Shown: piece after piece, positions 1 through 10,285 of the stretch
Position numbering within the stretch: position 1 is the stretch's first letter
Layout of the letters: every line of letters starts with the position of its first letter
IMG/VR virus record: IMGVR_UViG_3300021197_001448
DNA from: an uncultured virus (IMG/VR IMGVR_UViG_3300021197_001448)
Taxonomy: Duplodnaviria > Heunggongvirae > Uroviricota > Caudoviricetes
DNA length: 36,719 nucleotides
Direction: 5' to 3' (one strand)
Notes under the pieces: generated by a model
What the model saw: only the letters and a program-made list of their open reading frames with translations
What the model was told of the DNA's origin: nothing
The model's database searches: none
Translations under genes and position numbers: made by a program

Positions 1-240
1 CCATCCACTCTTTTCCCAGGGTTTCTTTGGAAGGATTGAAAATGCGTTAAATTCTTGGTTGAGTTGTGACCAAACCTTGCGACCAAAGATCGCTTGGTAA
101 GTACCAGCAGTTGAGGACATCAACGGTGAATCAGCCTTGAGTAAGTCTGTTCCACTGTATGCCCATGCGTTTGTTCCTGCGCCAGCACCATAGTAAAGGC
201 GTTCCATATCTTCAATTGTTCTGATATATCCTTGTGTCAT
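1..240 (-). CDS. Major capsid protein, N-terminal part (runs off the window edge)
   Basis: Not in the ORF track. My translation from ATG at 240 is MTQGYIRTIEDMERLYYGAGAGTNAWAYSGTDLLKADSPLMSSTAGTYQAIFGRKVWSQLNQEFNAFSILPKKPWEKSGW, open to the edge. GGAGATGA RBS upstream. Lies directly downstream of the prohead protease; the 'VWSQLN.E.NAF..LPK.PW..SGW' segment resembles capsid proteins of euryarchaeal tailed viruses. Confidence 0.8.
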   Translation of the reverse strand, partial: MTQGYIRTIEDMERLYYGAGAGTNAWAYSGTDLLKADSPLMSSTAGTYQAIFGRKVWSQLNQEFNAFSILPKKPWEKSGW

Positions 241-267
241 CTTAGTCATCTCCATTTATTTTGAGTT

Positions 268-1626
268 TCACTCGCCCCTCAATGCTTTAGCAGCGAGTGC
301 TTCTGCGGCTCGCCATCCGTCAAGGTCGTTGCCCATCTGTGCAAACTCGGAATGAGTTGGCACACGGATCGTTGTTGTGGGGGAAGTAGGTGCAACATCG
401 CTCTTTAGAAGAGATGCGTTTTCATTCTTAAGAGATGAAATTTCGTTACGAAGGGCATTTAGTTGGAGTCCAACATCGTTTGCCTTGCGAACTTCAAGAG
501 CCTGTTGTGTTTCAGAATCGTATCGGTGTTGCCATTCTTTTTCGACAAGACCCTTTACTGCTTCTTCATCACGAAGAGAGGCATAATGTCGGTAGCCCTT
601 TTCGAGAACATCAGGTGTCAAAGACTTGATGACATTTCCGTTACCATTTGGTGCGTTCATGTTCATGTTTCGCACACTTGGAGACTTGATGACGTGTTGA
701 TTGCCACCAGGACTTGGAAGAGAAGGATAAGAAGGCTCAGTTGCATCTTCGCCAGATCCGATCTCATCACCTTGTCCACGATGGTTGTAGCCTCCACGAC
801 CTTGTTCGAGAAGGTATGCCTTCTCCAAGCCAAAGTGGTCACGTAGTCCATTCAAGTTTACTCCTGAATCGTGTGCAAACTTTTCAAGAGTTGTAACGTA
901 ATCTAATGCGGCTTCTTGAGACTTTCTGGTGTCGGATTCATCATCCTCATCTTGCATATAAGATCCCTTTTCTTCTTTATAGGACTTCATGTCGCCTTTA
1001 TCTTCTTTATCGCTTAGTTCTTTGAGAACTTCGCTTAATCCTGCTTTTATTTCGTTCAAAACTTCTGTGTTGCTCATGTTATCATCTTCCATTTTTAGTA
1101 TCGTATAGGTCGATTCGGGGTTGATTCCTTTCTTGCATAGCGTTATTTCATGCAATTCAAGATCGGTAATCTCTCGATGGTTGCCAAGTTCTGGTGTTGT
1201 TTTACTAACACGGAATAGGGCTTGACCCCCAATCGAGAATGCTCGTAGATCTCCACTACGAATTTGTTTCTGCACTTCACGTGCTTTCTGAATATCGTTG
1301 CGAATTTTGCACACAACGAAAAGTCCGTGATCATCAACTTCTGATTTCCATACACGGCCATTTGAATCGGTGTGATCATTTACTACTTCACCGACCTGGA
1401 TTCCTGAATGAGCCAACTGCACATTGCGGAATGCTTTGTTACCCATGAATTGTCCAAATGCCTTTTTCAAAGCGTTTGTAGGGATTCTATCTCCCTGCTT
1501 ATCGACCATATCAACAGATGCATAGCCAGCAACATAAAGTTCCCCTCCGCTTCCAGAGGACTTCAACAAGAAATCTGAACCTTCGGCACTCCATGATGCC
1601 GATTTGTGTTCAAGGACTGTTGCCAT
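268..1626 (-). CDS. HK97-family prohead protease with C-terminal scaffold-like/coiled-coil region
   Basis: VAGYASVDMVDKQGDRI, QLAH (catalytic His), AFSIGG (catalytic Ser) and ELHEITL...GINPES motifs. Acidic/coiled-coil C-terminal half. Adjacent to the capsid gene. Confidence 0.9.
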   Translation of the reverse strand: MATVLEHKSASWSAEGSDFLLKSSGSGGELYVAGYASVDMVDKQGDRIPTNALKKAFGQFMGNKAFRNVQLAHSGIQVGEVVNDHTDSNGRVWKSEVDDHGLFVVCKIRNDIQKAREVQKQIRSGDLRAFSIGGQALFRVSKTTPELGNHREITDLELHEITLCKKGINPESTYTILKMEDDNMSNTEVLNEIKAGLSEVLKELSDKEDKGDMKSYKEEKGSYMQDEDDESDTRKSQEAALDYVTTLEKFAHDSGVNLNGLRDHFGLEKAYLLEQGRGGYNHRGQGDEIGSGEDATEPSYPSLPSPGGNQHVIKSPSVRNMNMNAPNGNGNVIKSLTPDVLEKGYRHYASLRDEEAVKGLVEKEWQHRYDSETQQALEVRKANDVGLQLNALRNEISSLKNENASLLKSDVAPTSPTTTIRVPTHSEFAQMGNDLDGWRAAEALAAKALRGE

Positions 1627-1651
1627 TGAATCATCTCATCAAGTGTAATCC

Positions 1652-1659
1652 TATATGAA
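1652..1659 (-). promoter_or_regulatory. Putative archaeal TATA box (TTCATATA) for the protease-capsid transcript
   Basis: Lies about 26 nt upstream of the protease ATG in a short intergenic gap. The same octamer occurs at similar spacing before the RHH gene (23678-23685). Confidence 0.4.
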
Positions 1660-1668
1660 GGGATAGGG

Positions 1669-4600
1669 TCAAATTACTTCTGCTTCTGACCTATCGTCGG
1701 GATCGACTTCTTGCTCATCTGCAATCTCTTGTTGCGTTTTCAACGGCATTCTGAGAGTAGCCTTTCCATTTTGAATATCAACTACGGCTTCTTCCCCTGT
1801 TGCATTATCTTTAACCTGTAAGTGCTTCATAGGAATTTCCTCAGTTTCTTCGCCTTCTTTTGGATCATAGAAAGTAGTTCCACTATCCTCGATCAATTCA
1901 GTAGGTCCTCTTGGCGCAGTAATATCGGCTTGCATACCTGCCCATGCCCCGCCATCTGGAGAGATTCGATTCATTCTTGGGAACATTCTTTCAATGATGT
2001 CATCATCAATAGCCTCATTAACAGTCCACTTGCCGTTTTCAGTTTGCTCAAGCCCATATTCTCCTGCAAACATTTCAAGCATCTTTTTGTTGAGTCCCTT
2101 TACTTTAGAAATCAATTCCTCAGCCGTTTTTGCTTCATCATCACTGGTAATTGCAGATCGAGCATTTTTCATCGTATGAGCCACGCCATCTCCTTCTTCA
2201 TCCTCCCCAATGATTGCTGGCGCACGTAGGATTGTTTGCTTGGCAATTCTTAACTTACGTGGCCGCTTTCGTTTTGAAGAGGAATGGATCGGCTGATATG
2301 ATCCTGTATCAGATGAAGTAAAAGAACCGCTATTTGATGATCCTCCGCCAGTTGCAGCACCTCCACCTGTTGCAGCACCCCCTTCTTTCAACAGACTTAT
2401 TGCTAAAGGACCCCATAATGGAATATCCTTTTCAGCCTTTGAAAATAATGCCTCGTTACCTTCTACTTGTTTAATCGTGAATGTTTTACCATCAAAATCA
2501 CCTTTTACGACCACAGGATCAATAATAGAAGGATAGCATAGTTTGACCTGATCAGGATAAACAATCAATTCAGGCATAGGAGGATAGAATGATTTAGCAA
2601 TAGTGTCTTTTGCATATCGAATCCACTTAGGATGAACTTCTTTTTCTTTCATAAAAGTAGATTTAGAATCTCGAATCAAGACTTCTCCTTCATCGAAATT
2701 GTAAATTGCTTTGTTCAAACCTTCTTGATCCGTAGATACACAATTTGTGGGCATTGGGAAGTGAACATTTTCTGTTGAATCATACAATGTACGGAGAGCA
2801 TTGATTCGATCTTCTAATGGTTCAAGAGCCATATCTGTTCCCTTATGTACCAGCAAATCAACAACTTTTAATTTATCATCATCAAGATATGCGTCGAAAA
2901 CAAAATCACCCTTTATCTCTCTCAACTGCTTTTTTATTTCTTGGGGAACCTTTGCATTTTTCAAATGGTTGCCACTTTTTTCAACAAACATTCGTTTTCC
3001 ATTTGGCATTTTTTGAACAATCCAATCACCAGAGAATCCACGCAACTTATCCATATCATCTAATTTATGAATGGTGTACGCAGGTATTGTTTTTGTTTTA
3101 AAAACGCCTGTTGGTTTGTATTCATCGGCTTTTAGAATACTGCCAGTAGCAATAGGTGAAAGCCCTCTTTGATCTACTGCGCTTAATGCATAGATGTCCT
3201 GTTGTTTTGGTTGAACATTAGTCCCAAGTAACGAAGGCAATACCTCTTTTACTTTGTTTTCGTGAACTGTTCGTTGCATAACATTAAACGGCTCATCAGC
3301 CATTCCAAAATTGATTCCTCCGCTTTGAGGATCGAACTTCCAGGTTAGATTTGATGGCATTTCATGACCCCAAAGATGTGTGTTTCCTGTATTGTAAATA
3401 GGAGGGGTTGTAGCAAACGATGTAGGATTGACTGGTCCTACTGATTTTATGTTTAAAGAAATCCCACCATTCTCAAATACTGGTGCTAAAGCCCGATATT
3501 CTTCACCCATGTTCACCTTTTTCATGGCATAATCTGCGGCAGAAGCCAACTGTTGTAGATTGCCACGTGCCAATGTAGCCTGTTGCATATCTTTTGGATC
3601 AGTAGGATTCAGAATTTCTGAACCAAATTGTTTCATGACCCTTTGAGCCATGTTTTTCATAACTGTTCCTAAGTGTTTGTCATTTGCAGCAAACAATGCG
3701 TTATGACTATCCCAATATTGTTTATTCGATGATGGATGTTCTTCACGCCCTAAGCCAATTCTTGGCGAACCCATATCTGCTTGACTTGCCAAAGAACGAC
3801 CTAAACGACTTAACATCATTTTATCGGATGGCATAATCATACGGCCTCCTTGACCTTTTATTTCACTTGGATGTAAAAAATGTAAATTAGATGCGTGACT
3901 CCAGTTAGATCTTCGCTTTTCAAAGAAATCAGCATCAGCAAAATCTGATGTAAATGATTTATGATCGGGATGCATTTTTGCATCTGAATGATTTGTGATA
4001 TGCGGAAAATGACTCCCCCCATCAGTTGAATAAACGTTTAACATTTCATTCGATTGATTCATCAATGCATCATCTAACCAGCCGTCATTAAATATATTTG
4101 GATAAGACTGTTTCAAAACATCATGCAGGGATTTACTATCTCTTCCAACTCCGCCCCATGATTGAAATAAGTCCCACCAATGAGATGTAAAAGATGGTTC
4201 TATGGTCATCGGAGGTATCTCTACATAAGGACTAACAAAGTGCAAAAAAGCATCTGAATCGCTCTTTGTCAATTCAAGTTCAGAATTAACTGGTTTACCA
4301 GGAGCGATTGGTCCGTGTCGATCACTGGCTCTACGCCACCATTGAAGCATTGGGATAAATCTTGCTCGAAATGAACGTAATGCACGACCCCATGAAATCC
4401 CTGCTTTTTCTTGCATTTTATTTTGTAAAAACTTAGAATCAGGCGAATCCATATGTTGTTTTGTAGCCATTTGTTTTACGATGTCAAGGAATGAATTACG
4501 CTGATCTTCCGTATTATATTCAAGACCAAACAGATATGGAATCAAACCAAATCTCTTTTGCCATTCAGCAATCTTTCCTGCGGAATATTCCTCATCTGTA

Positions 4601-5127
4601 TGAGTTTTGTATCTGTTTCGATCACGTGTCATTAAATCGTACATAGATTCTTTTGGATCTCCAAAAATCTGAGTATCGAAGTTTAAACGCCTTTCATTTT
4701 CTGCTATTGATTTCAGCATAGGCATAGCATGAGCGATATGTTCCGCATATGCAGGTTCACCCCATGATGCCCCATGCAACAACGGGCAACTGTTTGACTC
4801 CATGCCAAAAGGATGGTGTTTTCCAAATTGATTATTAGGAGAAGCAGTAGGCCAATCGGTCAAAGGATTATTCGATACTTTAGTATGACCTGCAAGAAAA
4901 TCTTTGTGATTTGGTATTTTCATTTGAGATACTGCCATTGGCGCATTTAGATCTACCATTTGATATTCAGGCATTTCAGGTGGCATAGCCCCAAGCATTG
5001 TCGCTGTATCTTGTTTAGATATGTTTTCTGTTGGTAATTGACTAATGTATTGATCATAGTCAAAATCAGATCCTTGATGGATCGAGATGATTGCATCGGT
5101 TCTCAATCTGTCAAGATTTGTTGTCAT
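1669..5127 (-). CDS. Large head-module protein (1152 aa) with a degenerate ATP-dependent DNA ligase-like nucleotidyltransferase domain (about 2610-3120)
   Basis: WIVQKMPNGKRMFVEK (motif I-like), FVFDAY (III), VVDLL (IIIa), PLEDRINAL, EGEVLIRD (IV) and KWIRY (V) occur in the correct order. The N-terminal ~660 aa are unrecognised. GGAGGGG RBS. Confidence 0.65.
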   Translation of the reverse strand: MTTNLDRLRTDAIISIHQGSDFDYDQYISQLPTENISKQDTATMLGAMPPEMPEYQMVDLNAPMAVSQMKIPNHKDFLAGHTKVSNNPLTDWPTASPNNQFGKHHPFGMESNSCPLLHGASWGEPAYAEHIAHAMPMLKSIAENERRLNFDTQIFGDPKESMYDLMTRDRNRYKTHTDEEYSAGKIAEWQKRFGLIPYLFGLEYNTEDQRNSFLDIVKQMATKQHMDSPDSKFLQNKMQEKAGISWGRALRSFRARFIPMLQWWRRASDRHGPIAPGKPVNSELELTKSDSDAFLHFVSPYVEIPPMTIEPSFTSHWWDLFQSWGGVGRDSKSLHDVLKQSYPNIFNDGWLDDALMNQSNEMLNVYSTDGGSHFPHITNHSDAKMHPDHKSFTSDFADADFFEKRRSNWSHASNLHFLHPSEIKGQGGRMIMPSDKMMLSRLGRSLASQADMGSPRIGLGREEHPSSNKQYWDSHNALFAANDKHLGTVMKNMAQRVMKQFGSEILNPTDPKDMQQATLARGNLQQLASAADYAMKKVNMGEEYRALAPVFENGGISLNIKSVGPVNPTSFATTPPIYNTGNTHLWGHEMPSNLTWKFDPQSGGINFGMADEPFNVMQRTVHENKVKEVLPSLLGTNVQPKQQDIYALSAVDQRGLSPIATGSILKADEYKPTGVFKTKTIPAYTIHKLDDMDKLRGFSGDWIVQKMPNGKRMFVEKSGNHLKNAKVPQEIKKQLREIKGDFVFDAYLDDDKLKVVDLLVHKGTDMALEPLEDRINALRTLYDSTENVHFPMPTNCVSTDQEGLNKAIYNFDEGEVLIRDSKSTFMKEKEVHPKWIRYAKDTIAKSFYPPMPELIVYPDQVKLCYPSIIDPVVVKGDFDGKTFTIKQVEGNEALFSKAEKDIPLWGPLAISLLKEGGAATGGGAATGGGSSNSGSFTSSDTGSYQPIHSSSKRKRPRKLRIAKQTILRAPAIIGEDEEGDGVAHTMKNARSAITSDDEAKTAEELISKVKGLNKKMLEMFAGEYGLEQTENGKWTVNEAIDDDIIERMFPRMNRISPDGGAWAGMQADITAPRGPTELIEDSGTTFYDPKEGEETEEIPMKHLQVKDNATGEEAVVDIQNGKATLRMPLKTQQEIADEQEVDPDDRSEAEVI

Positions 5128-5138
5128 CTAACCCCTCC

Positions 5139-6020
5139 TTAATTGGAAGGATTATCCATGAGGTCTTTAACCTGCTTGAGCAATCCTTCAATCTCGCCAA
5201 TAACGCCAAGATTGTTTCGCCCTGCGTGTTTTGTCAAAGAAGCAAGTCGTTGCTCAATAGTGTCAATGTTTGGTCCATTAGCACGTGAACCTCCTGCATC
5301 GTTGTAGTGCATATGTAGGCTACTTCCCTTTGGAGTATATTCGGTTTTAGCAAATGCTGGCATCTTTACTGTTTCACTTACAATAGATTTCTTTGGTCCG
5401 TCATTTGTTGCAGGGTATGTGCCGTTAGTTGTAAATCCGTGTGCATCGACTGGCATTCCGCCATCTACGTTTTGGAACTTAGGGAATAAGTTTTCAACAC
5501 TTGATTCTTGACTGTATTTTTTGAGTTCTTTTCCGCACTCTCTATCGCATTGTGCTTTTTGTTTGGATGAACATTCAGAATAACTGCAATTAAAGTGCTT
5601 TTGGCAGTATTTGTTCTTCTCGTTCATGTCTGCTTTATTCATCCCGCAACCACCCATGCAATCAACATTCTTACAGTCGGAACATTCGGTGTTTTTCTCA
5701 TCGTTCTTGATAATTCCTAACTCTCTAAGAAATTCTGTTGTTTTGTCAATTTTAGTAGTGTTGCCTTTTGGAGTAGGTAAATTAGGTGATTTTCTTTCGC
5801 CCCGATCAGACTTGTAACCCATTGATCCTTCAATTGCCTTTGCACGTTTCTTTTCGTAGCCTGACAATTTGCCGTCTTTGTCAAGATCGGCCTTTTTCTT
5901 ATTCTTGACTTCTTTGAGCAACGTTGCTACGTCTTTCAATAATCTGCCTTCTGGAGTTTGTTCGAGGGGATTAAACCATTGTATGCTCATGCTTTCACCT
6001 GCTTTTCTGCTTCTTCCCAC
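5139..6020 (-). CDS. Hypothetical head-module protein with an EF-hand-like loop and Cys-rich segments (likely start 5990, MSIQWF)
   Basis: ADLDKDGKLSGYE motif; CxxC clusters; ATGA overlap with the upstream gene at 5987-5990 and a GGTGA RBS. Confidence 0.7.
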   Translation of the reverse strand: MGRSRKAGESMSIQWFNPLEQTPEGRLLKDVATLLKEVKNKKKADLDKDGKLSGYEKKRAKAIEGSMGYKSDRGERKSPNLPTPKGNTTKIDKTTEFLRELGIIKNDEKNTECSDCKNVDCMGGCGMNKADMNEKNKYCQKHFNCSYSECSSKQKAQCDRECGKELKKYSQESSVENLFPKFQNVDGGMPVDAHGFTTNGTYPATNDGPKKSIVSETVKMPAFAKTEYTPKGSSLHMHYNDAGGSRANGPNIDTIEQRLASLTKHAGRNNLGVIGEIEGLLKQVKDLMDNPSN

Positions 6021-6307
6021 TCACGTAGTCGTTCATCTCTTGATTTAAGAAATAAATCTCCGCTTCCTGAGAATGGAGTGTTATCGACTGAAACAGTTCG
6101 ATTCAATGGATCGAATGTTTCATCGGCATGAGGCGTTGTAAATTTCTTCCATCCCTGTTTTCGCATAAGCATTTCAGGATCGCTCATTGCTTTGTGTAGA
6201 GTGTTGTTCTCTGCTTCGAGAGCCTGGACTCGTTGATTAAGAATACGAACCTCAGTAATGACTTGTTTTAGAATGTCAATATGTTCTTGATTATCTTCTT
6301 CGCTCAT
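5987..6307 (-). CDS. Hypothetical coiled-coil protein
   Basis: Heptad-like segment ILKQVITEVRILNQRVQALEAEN; translationally coupled to both neighbours. Confidence 0.7.
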   Translation of the reverse strand: MSEEDNQEHIDILKQVITEVRILNQRVQALEAENNTLHKAMSDPEMLMRKQGWKKFTTPHADETFDPLNRTVSVDNTPFSGSGDLFLKSRDERLREWEEAEKQVKA

Positions 6308-6747
6308 ACGCCCATGCCTCCCATTCCTCCACCCATTGGGTTCATTGGAGGTTGTTGTTGCATTGATGCGGCCATTGGATCATTTTGCATTGGTGGTCCG
6401 ACAGCCATGTTCTGTGTTTCGAGAACAGAAGCGTGAGCATCACGAATCATAGAAACATCTTGACTTAGAGATAAGATTTTTTCTTGTAGGGCGAGTATGT
6501 TCTTTTGTAAATCAATGGTTGGTTCAGATGCCACGTTAGCCCCGCGTGTTTGAGCAGCGATGCCATGCATTCCCCCCAACTTTTGGGCTAATTCTTGAAT
6601 ATCAGCGTCGATCTCATCAAGGAGTTGCCTCGCAGGTGCAGTTGATACAGAAGTGTTAGGAATGGGTTCTTGCTTAACAAACATATCATAAATGTGCGCT
6701 CGTTGAGTTGGACTTTTCCAACCATCCATTTTCCACATTATAATCAC
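6304..6747 (-). CDS. Hypothetical coiled-coil protein with an M/Q/G/P-rich tail
   Basis: ORF in the operon; coiled-coil pattern; low-complexity C-terminus. Confidence 0.7.
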   Translation of the reverse strand: MIIMWKMDGWKSPTQRAHIYDMFVKQEPIPNTSVSTAPARQLLDEIDADIQELAQKLGGMHGIAAQTRGANVASEPTIDLQKNILALQEKILSLSQDVSMIRDAHASVLETQNMAVGPPMQNDPMAASMQQQPPMNPMGGGMGGMGV

Positions 6748-7100
6748 ACAATCCTATGAGGTGTGAAGAATCCCGCAGCACGTCCATGACGACTAACTCC
6801 CATAGCAACTGCATTTTCTGTGCCGTTGTAATCTGAGGCATTGTTATCATATTGAGGTATTACGCCCATAAATTGTTCAGCAGGATTTGTTCTTGCCATT
6901 GCTTTGTTAAGTTGATCGTGAAGTGCTAAATCAGACTTTAGCATTGACAATGCATTCTCAGCAGCCATGATATGCGCCTTTATCGCATCTGAGTCTTTTG
7001 CCTCAATTGCTTTTTGTAATCCTTCTGTTGCAGCCAATGCTCTACGTGCCATTGGATCCATCTTACTAATAATATCTGACATCTGACTCATCTTTCGCAC
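6744..7100 (-). CDS. Hypothetical helical protein
   Basis: ORF directly downstream of the portal on the same strand; exact start uncertain. Confidence 0.7.
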   Translation of the reverse strand: MRKMSQMSDIISKMDPMARRALAATEGLQKAIEAKDSDAIKAHIMAAENALSMLKSDLALHDQLNKAMARTNPAEQFMGVIPQYDNNASDYNGTENAVAMGVSRHGRAAGFFTPHRIV

Positions 7101-7110
7101 AACGTCCTGT

Positions 7111-8913
7111 TTATTTACTATTGTCCCTCGAACTGCCCAAACCGTTACGTTTTTCTGTTTCTTTGATTTGATGGTCTATGGCTTTCTCTTGTGGAGTTTT
7201 ATGTTCTCGCTTGTCTGTTTTTATTGCAGCACCTGTTGGTGCGCCATCGACTCTGCGGATCATACCAGGACTCGAACCACCACTTTGCCGTGTGTTTTCA
7301 CTTGCAGTTCTCAGAGGCGGCAAATCGGTTCCAGCAGTTGTAGCCAAAGAATCAGCAAATGGTACTGAGCCTCTACTGGAATCAAACGTGGTTCGCTTAA
7401 ACATCATGCTTGGATCGAGTTCAAGATCTCCTTTCTGAACAGGTTGCCCTTGCCCTCCTTGCTGCTGTTGCTGTGCTTGAGCCTCAGCCGCCGCAACTTC
7501 TTGGGGATCTGGTTGTTTGAAATCGAAGTGTAAGATTTTGTCATCAATACCATCTCGCAATGTAGCCTCATATCCTGCTTGCTTCATTTGCATCATGTTG
7601 CGGATTGCCATTTCATCTCTGCGGAGTTGCATGATTTCATCTTCTTCTTCATGCGGATTCAATACGAGTTCCCATTCTGTAATTTCAAAAGCCTTAGCAA
7701 TTTGAGGGAATAGTATTCGATTGTAGATTGACTGTGCATATGCAACAGCCCTGTTGCTAACAACGATTTGCATACCCTCGTTATTTAGCCCACCGCCTGA
7801 TACGTCATTCATGAACACATTTGACACTCCAAAGAATGCGGCAATACGTTGCCTAATATCGTCTTTGATCGGGATATATTGTAGTTCTTCAAGAGTGTCC
7901 ATCATGCGAACATACTCAAGACCTCCACGCCCCGATTCTGTTTCCACACCAATTGTTGGGATGTAATTTGGATCTCGTTCAAGATGCTCTTGGATATTGC
8001 GAGCCGTTCTCTCAACAGTTTCCATGTTGGATGATTTGATTACCATTACTCCACGTGGCATACGTTTCTTCTGATATGCCGAATAAACATAATTATCCAT
8101 CGCAATGAGAGTGTTCACTTGCCTCCACATACTTGCTACTGGGCTGCGACCATACAACTTTCCAGGCGACCATTTACTTATGTGTATAACTTCACCCTCT
8201 GTATAGACTTGGCCTTTACCAACACCTGCAAGGTTCATGTAATGAATAGGAACAACTGGCATACCTGTTGTTGGGCATTTATCCTTTGGATCGCTTGTTC
8301 TGAACGTTCTTTCAACAAGACTGGTATATTGACTTCCCCCTCGAACACCTCTTTTATCAGCAAGCATACGCATGAAAATAGGATCAGCACGTGTAATCTC
8401 TTTCACACGGAAGAACATGACTTTCTTCGTATCTGGATCAACAAAATATTCTTTGGTCAAAATAAGATATGCGTCATCTACTACATTCAAATCCATTTCA
8501 ATTTCTTTTAGGATTTCAATGAAACTTTGCATCATGCTGTTTTGATTTTCCAACAATACTTCGGCATATTCGATCTCAGATTTATCTGCCTTACGGACTT
8601 CACCGCCGCATTTTGCACATGATTCAACTTCTTGATGAAAAACCTCATCACATTCTTTGCACTTAACTACAAATTTTGGCTTCCATCCAAATCCTTTACG
8701 AAATGTTTCAACAGAAAGATGATTTAGAATTGATCGGAGAACAACGCATTCAAACGTAGCAGCATAAAGCGCAGGTATAGTAATTCCCTGCAATAACGCA
8801 GGTTCTTGAATCCCTGCTTGAAACAAAGGCATTGTTGGCATAGGCGTTGAATGCCGTTCCATGTCGATTCCGATAGCGGAAAAAAGACGTTCCATTCTTT
8901 CTCGATCAGCCAT
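7111..8913 (-). CDS. Portal protein (HK97-like) with a Zn-ribbon insertion
   Basis: 'EVIH......LYGRSPV', 'MPRGVMVI', 'RQRIAAFFGVSNVFMN' portal-like motifs; position between terminase and protease; CKEC...CAKC insertion. Confidence 0.85.
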   Translation of the reverse strand: MADRERMERLFSAIGIDMERHSTPMPTMPLFQAGIQEPALLQGITIPALYAATFECVVLRSILNHLSVETFRKGFGWKPKFVVKCKECDEVFHQEVESCAKCGGEVRKADKSEIEYAEVLLENQNSMMQSFIEILKEIEMDLNVVDDAYLILTKEYFVDPDTKKVMFFRVKEITRADPIFMRMLADKRGVRGGSQYTSLVERTFRTSDPKDKCPTTGMPVVPIHYMNLAGVGKGQVYTEGEVIHISKWSPGKLYGRSPVASMWRQVNTLIAMDNYVYSAYQKKRMPRGVMVIKSSNMETVERTARNIQEHLERDPNYIPTIGVETESGRGGLEYVRMMDTLEELQYIPIKDDIRQRIAAFFGVSNVFMNDVSGGGLNNEGMQIVVSNRAVAYAQSIYNRILFPQIAKAFEITEWELVLNPHEEEDEIMQLRRDEMAIRNMMQMKQAGYEATLRDGIDDKILHFDFKQPDPQEVAAAEAQAQQQQQGGQGQPVQKGDLELDPSMMFKRTTFDSSRGSVPFADSLATTAGTDLPPLRTASENTRQSGGSSPGMIRRVDGAPTGAAIKTDKREHKTPQEKAIDHQIKETEKRNGLGSSRDNSK

Positions 8914-10285
8914 TTATTACACCTCTTTTCAATTCTTCAAGTTGTTCTGGTGAGATGTTCCTACTTTTCAACAGATCAACCTGCTTATTAGGACTGGAAT
9001 GAGAGAATTTCAAACAAAACAAAGCATCTTTGTCATCTTCAAGTGCTTTCTTCAAAATAACAACCTCGTTTCGCTTTTCGCTAAGATGTGGTAATGAAAC
9101 CTCAATGGCTTTTGTTACTGAGAATTCACCCTCAATAACAAGACCATCTCCTTCTGCGATAATACCTGCTACGCCCAATTCGGTGTTAAGTGCATTGGCG
9201 TATTCTTTACGAACTTTAGAATTAAAAGGAATGATAATTCTTGGAGTCCCACGTGGGCTTATTTCAATAGATCCTCCATCGTCAAACAAATTGCCAATCA
9301 AAGCCCCTGCGTCTTTGACAAACAGATCGTTCTTTTTCAAGGAGTAATATTTTGCCTGATCATTATTCTTCTTACCTGCGCCTAACGCAATAATATCGTA
9401 TAAGAACCCATGTGATTTGATGAGCATGGCTATCTTCGTTGGATTACCTTGAACACCATATGATTGTAGAGATTGAGCATTCATGCTTCCATTATTCTCT
9501 AAAATTTTCTGTGTTTTTTCTAATGTTTTTCGTTCAGGTCGGCTAAGATGTTGCTCTTTTGTAATTCGATTCGACCAAAGATCATACGCTTTTTCTTGAT
9601 CCCCATCTGACCAACTTTTAACAAATCTTCTAAATGGTATTTCCAATGATTGTGTGTTTTTCTGTAACATCTTCCAATCGAAATCATTGAATGGTAATGT
9701 TTCAACTAAATCCTGTGAAACAGACGGAAATGATTTGAGCAAAGCCTTTCGTTCTTCAACGATCAATGGCGCAATCACTTGAACCAATTCATCTCGTCCT
9801 GATTTCACCAACAAATCAACAATCTCATTACCTTGCATACCAAAGTTATCAACAAACCAAGTTTTAGTTACTGGAATAGGCGATGTTTGCGTATCTACTG
9901 ATGTTCCTGGTTGTTGATCCCCACCGCCCATTTCAGGAGAGTCAAAACCCTCGATCCCTGCATCTTCACGTGGACCGCCTCTGCCTGTTTTTCCAGTTTT
10001 CCCCATATTTGAAGTCAAACCAAAAGTAGCAACATCAGCAAGTTTTCCAGTTAAAGAACGGCTGTTCATCCAATTTTTTTCTTTAGGTTCTTCTTCTGTT
10101 GCTGTTTCGCCAACCAATGATTCTGTTGAGCCTGATTTACCAGATACTTTTTTCTGTGCCTCAAGCAATTGTTTTTCTTGTTGATTCAACTTTATTTTTT
10201 GGCTAATTAACTTCTCATCAAGCAACTTCAAAACATCTTCTGATGATTCTACGCCAAAAATTCCTTCTATTCGTTGATCAAACAT
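8906..10285 (-). CDS. Protein with a C-terminal degenerate LAGLIDADG-like domain
   Basis: AGALIGNLFDDGGSIEIS..GTPRIII...YANALNTELGVAGII resembles the LAGLIDADG helix plus beta-strands. Located between terminase and portal. Confidence 0.5.
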   Translation of the reverse strand: MFDQRIEGIFGVESSEDVLKLLDEKLISQKIKLNQQEKQLLEAQKKVSGKSGSTESLVGETATEEEPKEKNWMNSRSLTGKLADVATFGLTSNMGKTGKTGRGGPREDAGIEGFDSPEMGGGDQQPGTSVDTQTSPIPVTKTWFVDNFGMQGNEIVDLLVKSGRDELVQVIAPLIVEERKALLKSFPSVSQDLVETLPFNDFDWKMLQKNTQSLEIPFRRFVKSWSDGDQEKAYDLWSNRITKEQHLSRPERKTLEKTQKILENNGSMNAQSLQSYGVQGNPTKIAMLIKSHGFLYDIIALGAGKKNNDQAKYYSLKKNDLFVKDAGALIGNLFDDGGSIEISPRGTPRIIIPFNSKVRKEYANALNTELGVAGIIAEGDGLVIEGEFSVTKAIEVSLPHLSEKRNEVVILKKALEDDKDALFCLKFSHSSPNKQVDLLKSRNISPEQLEELKRGVING

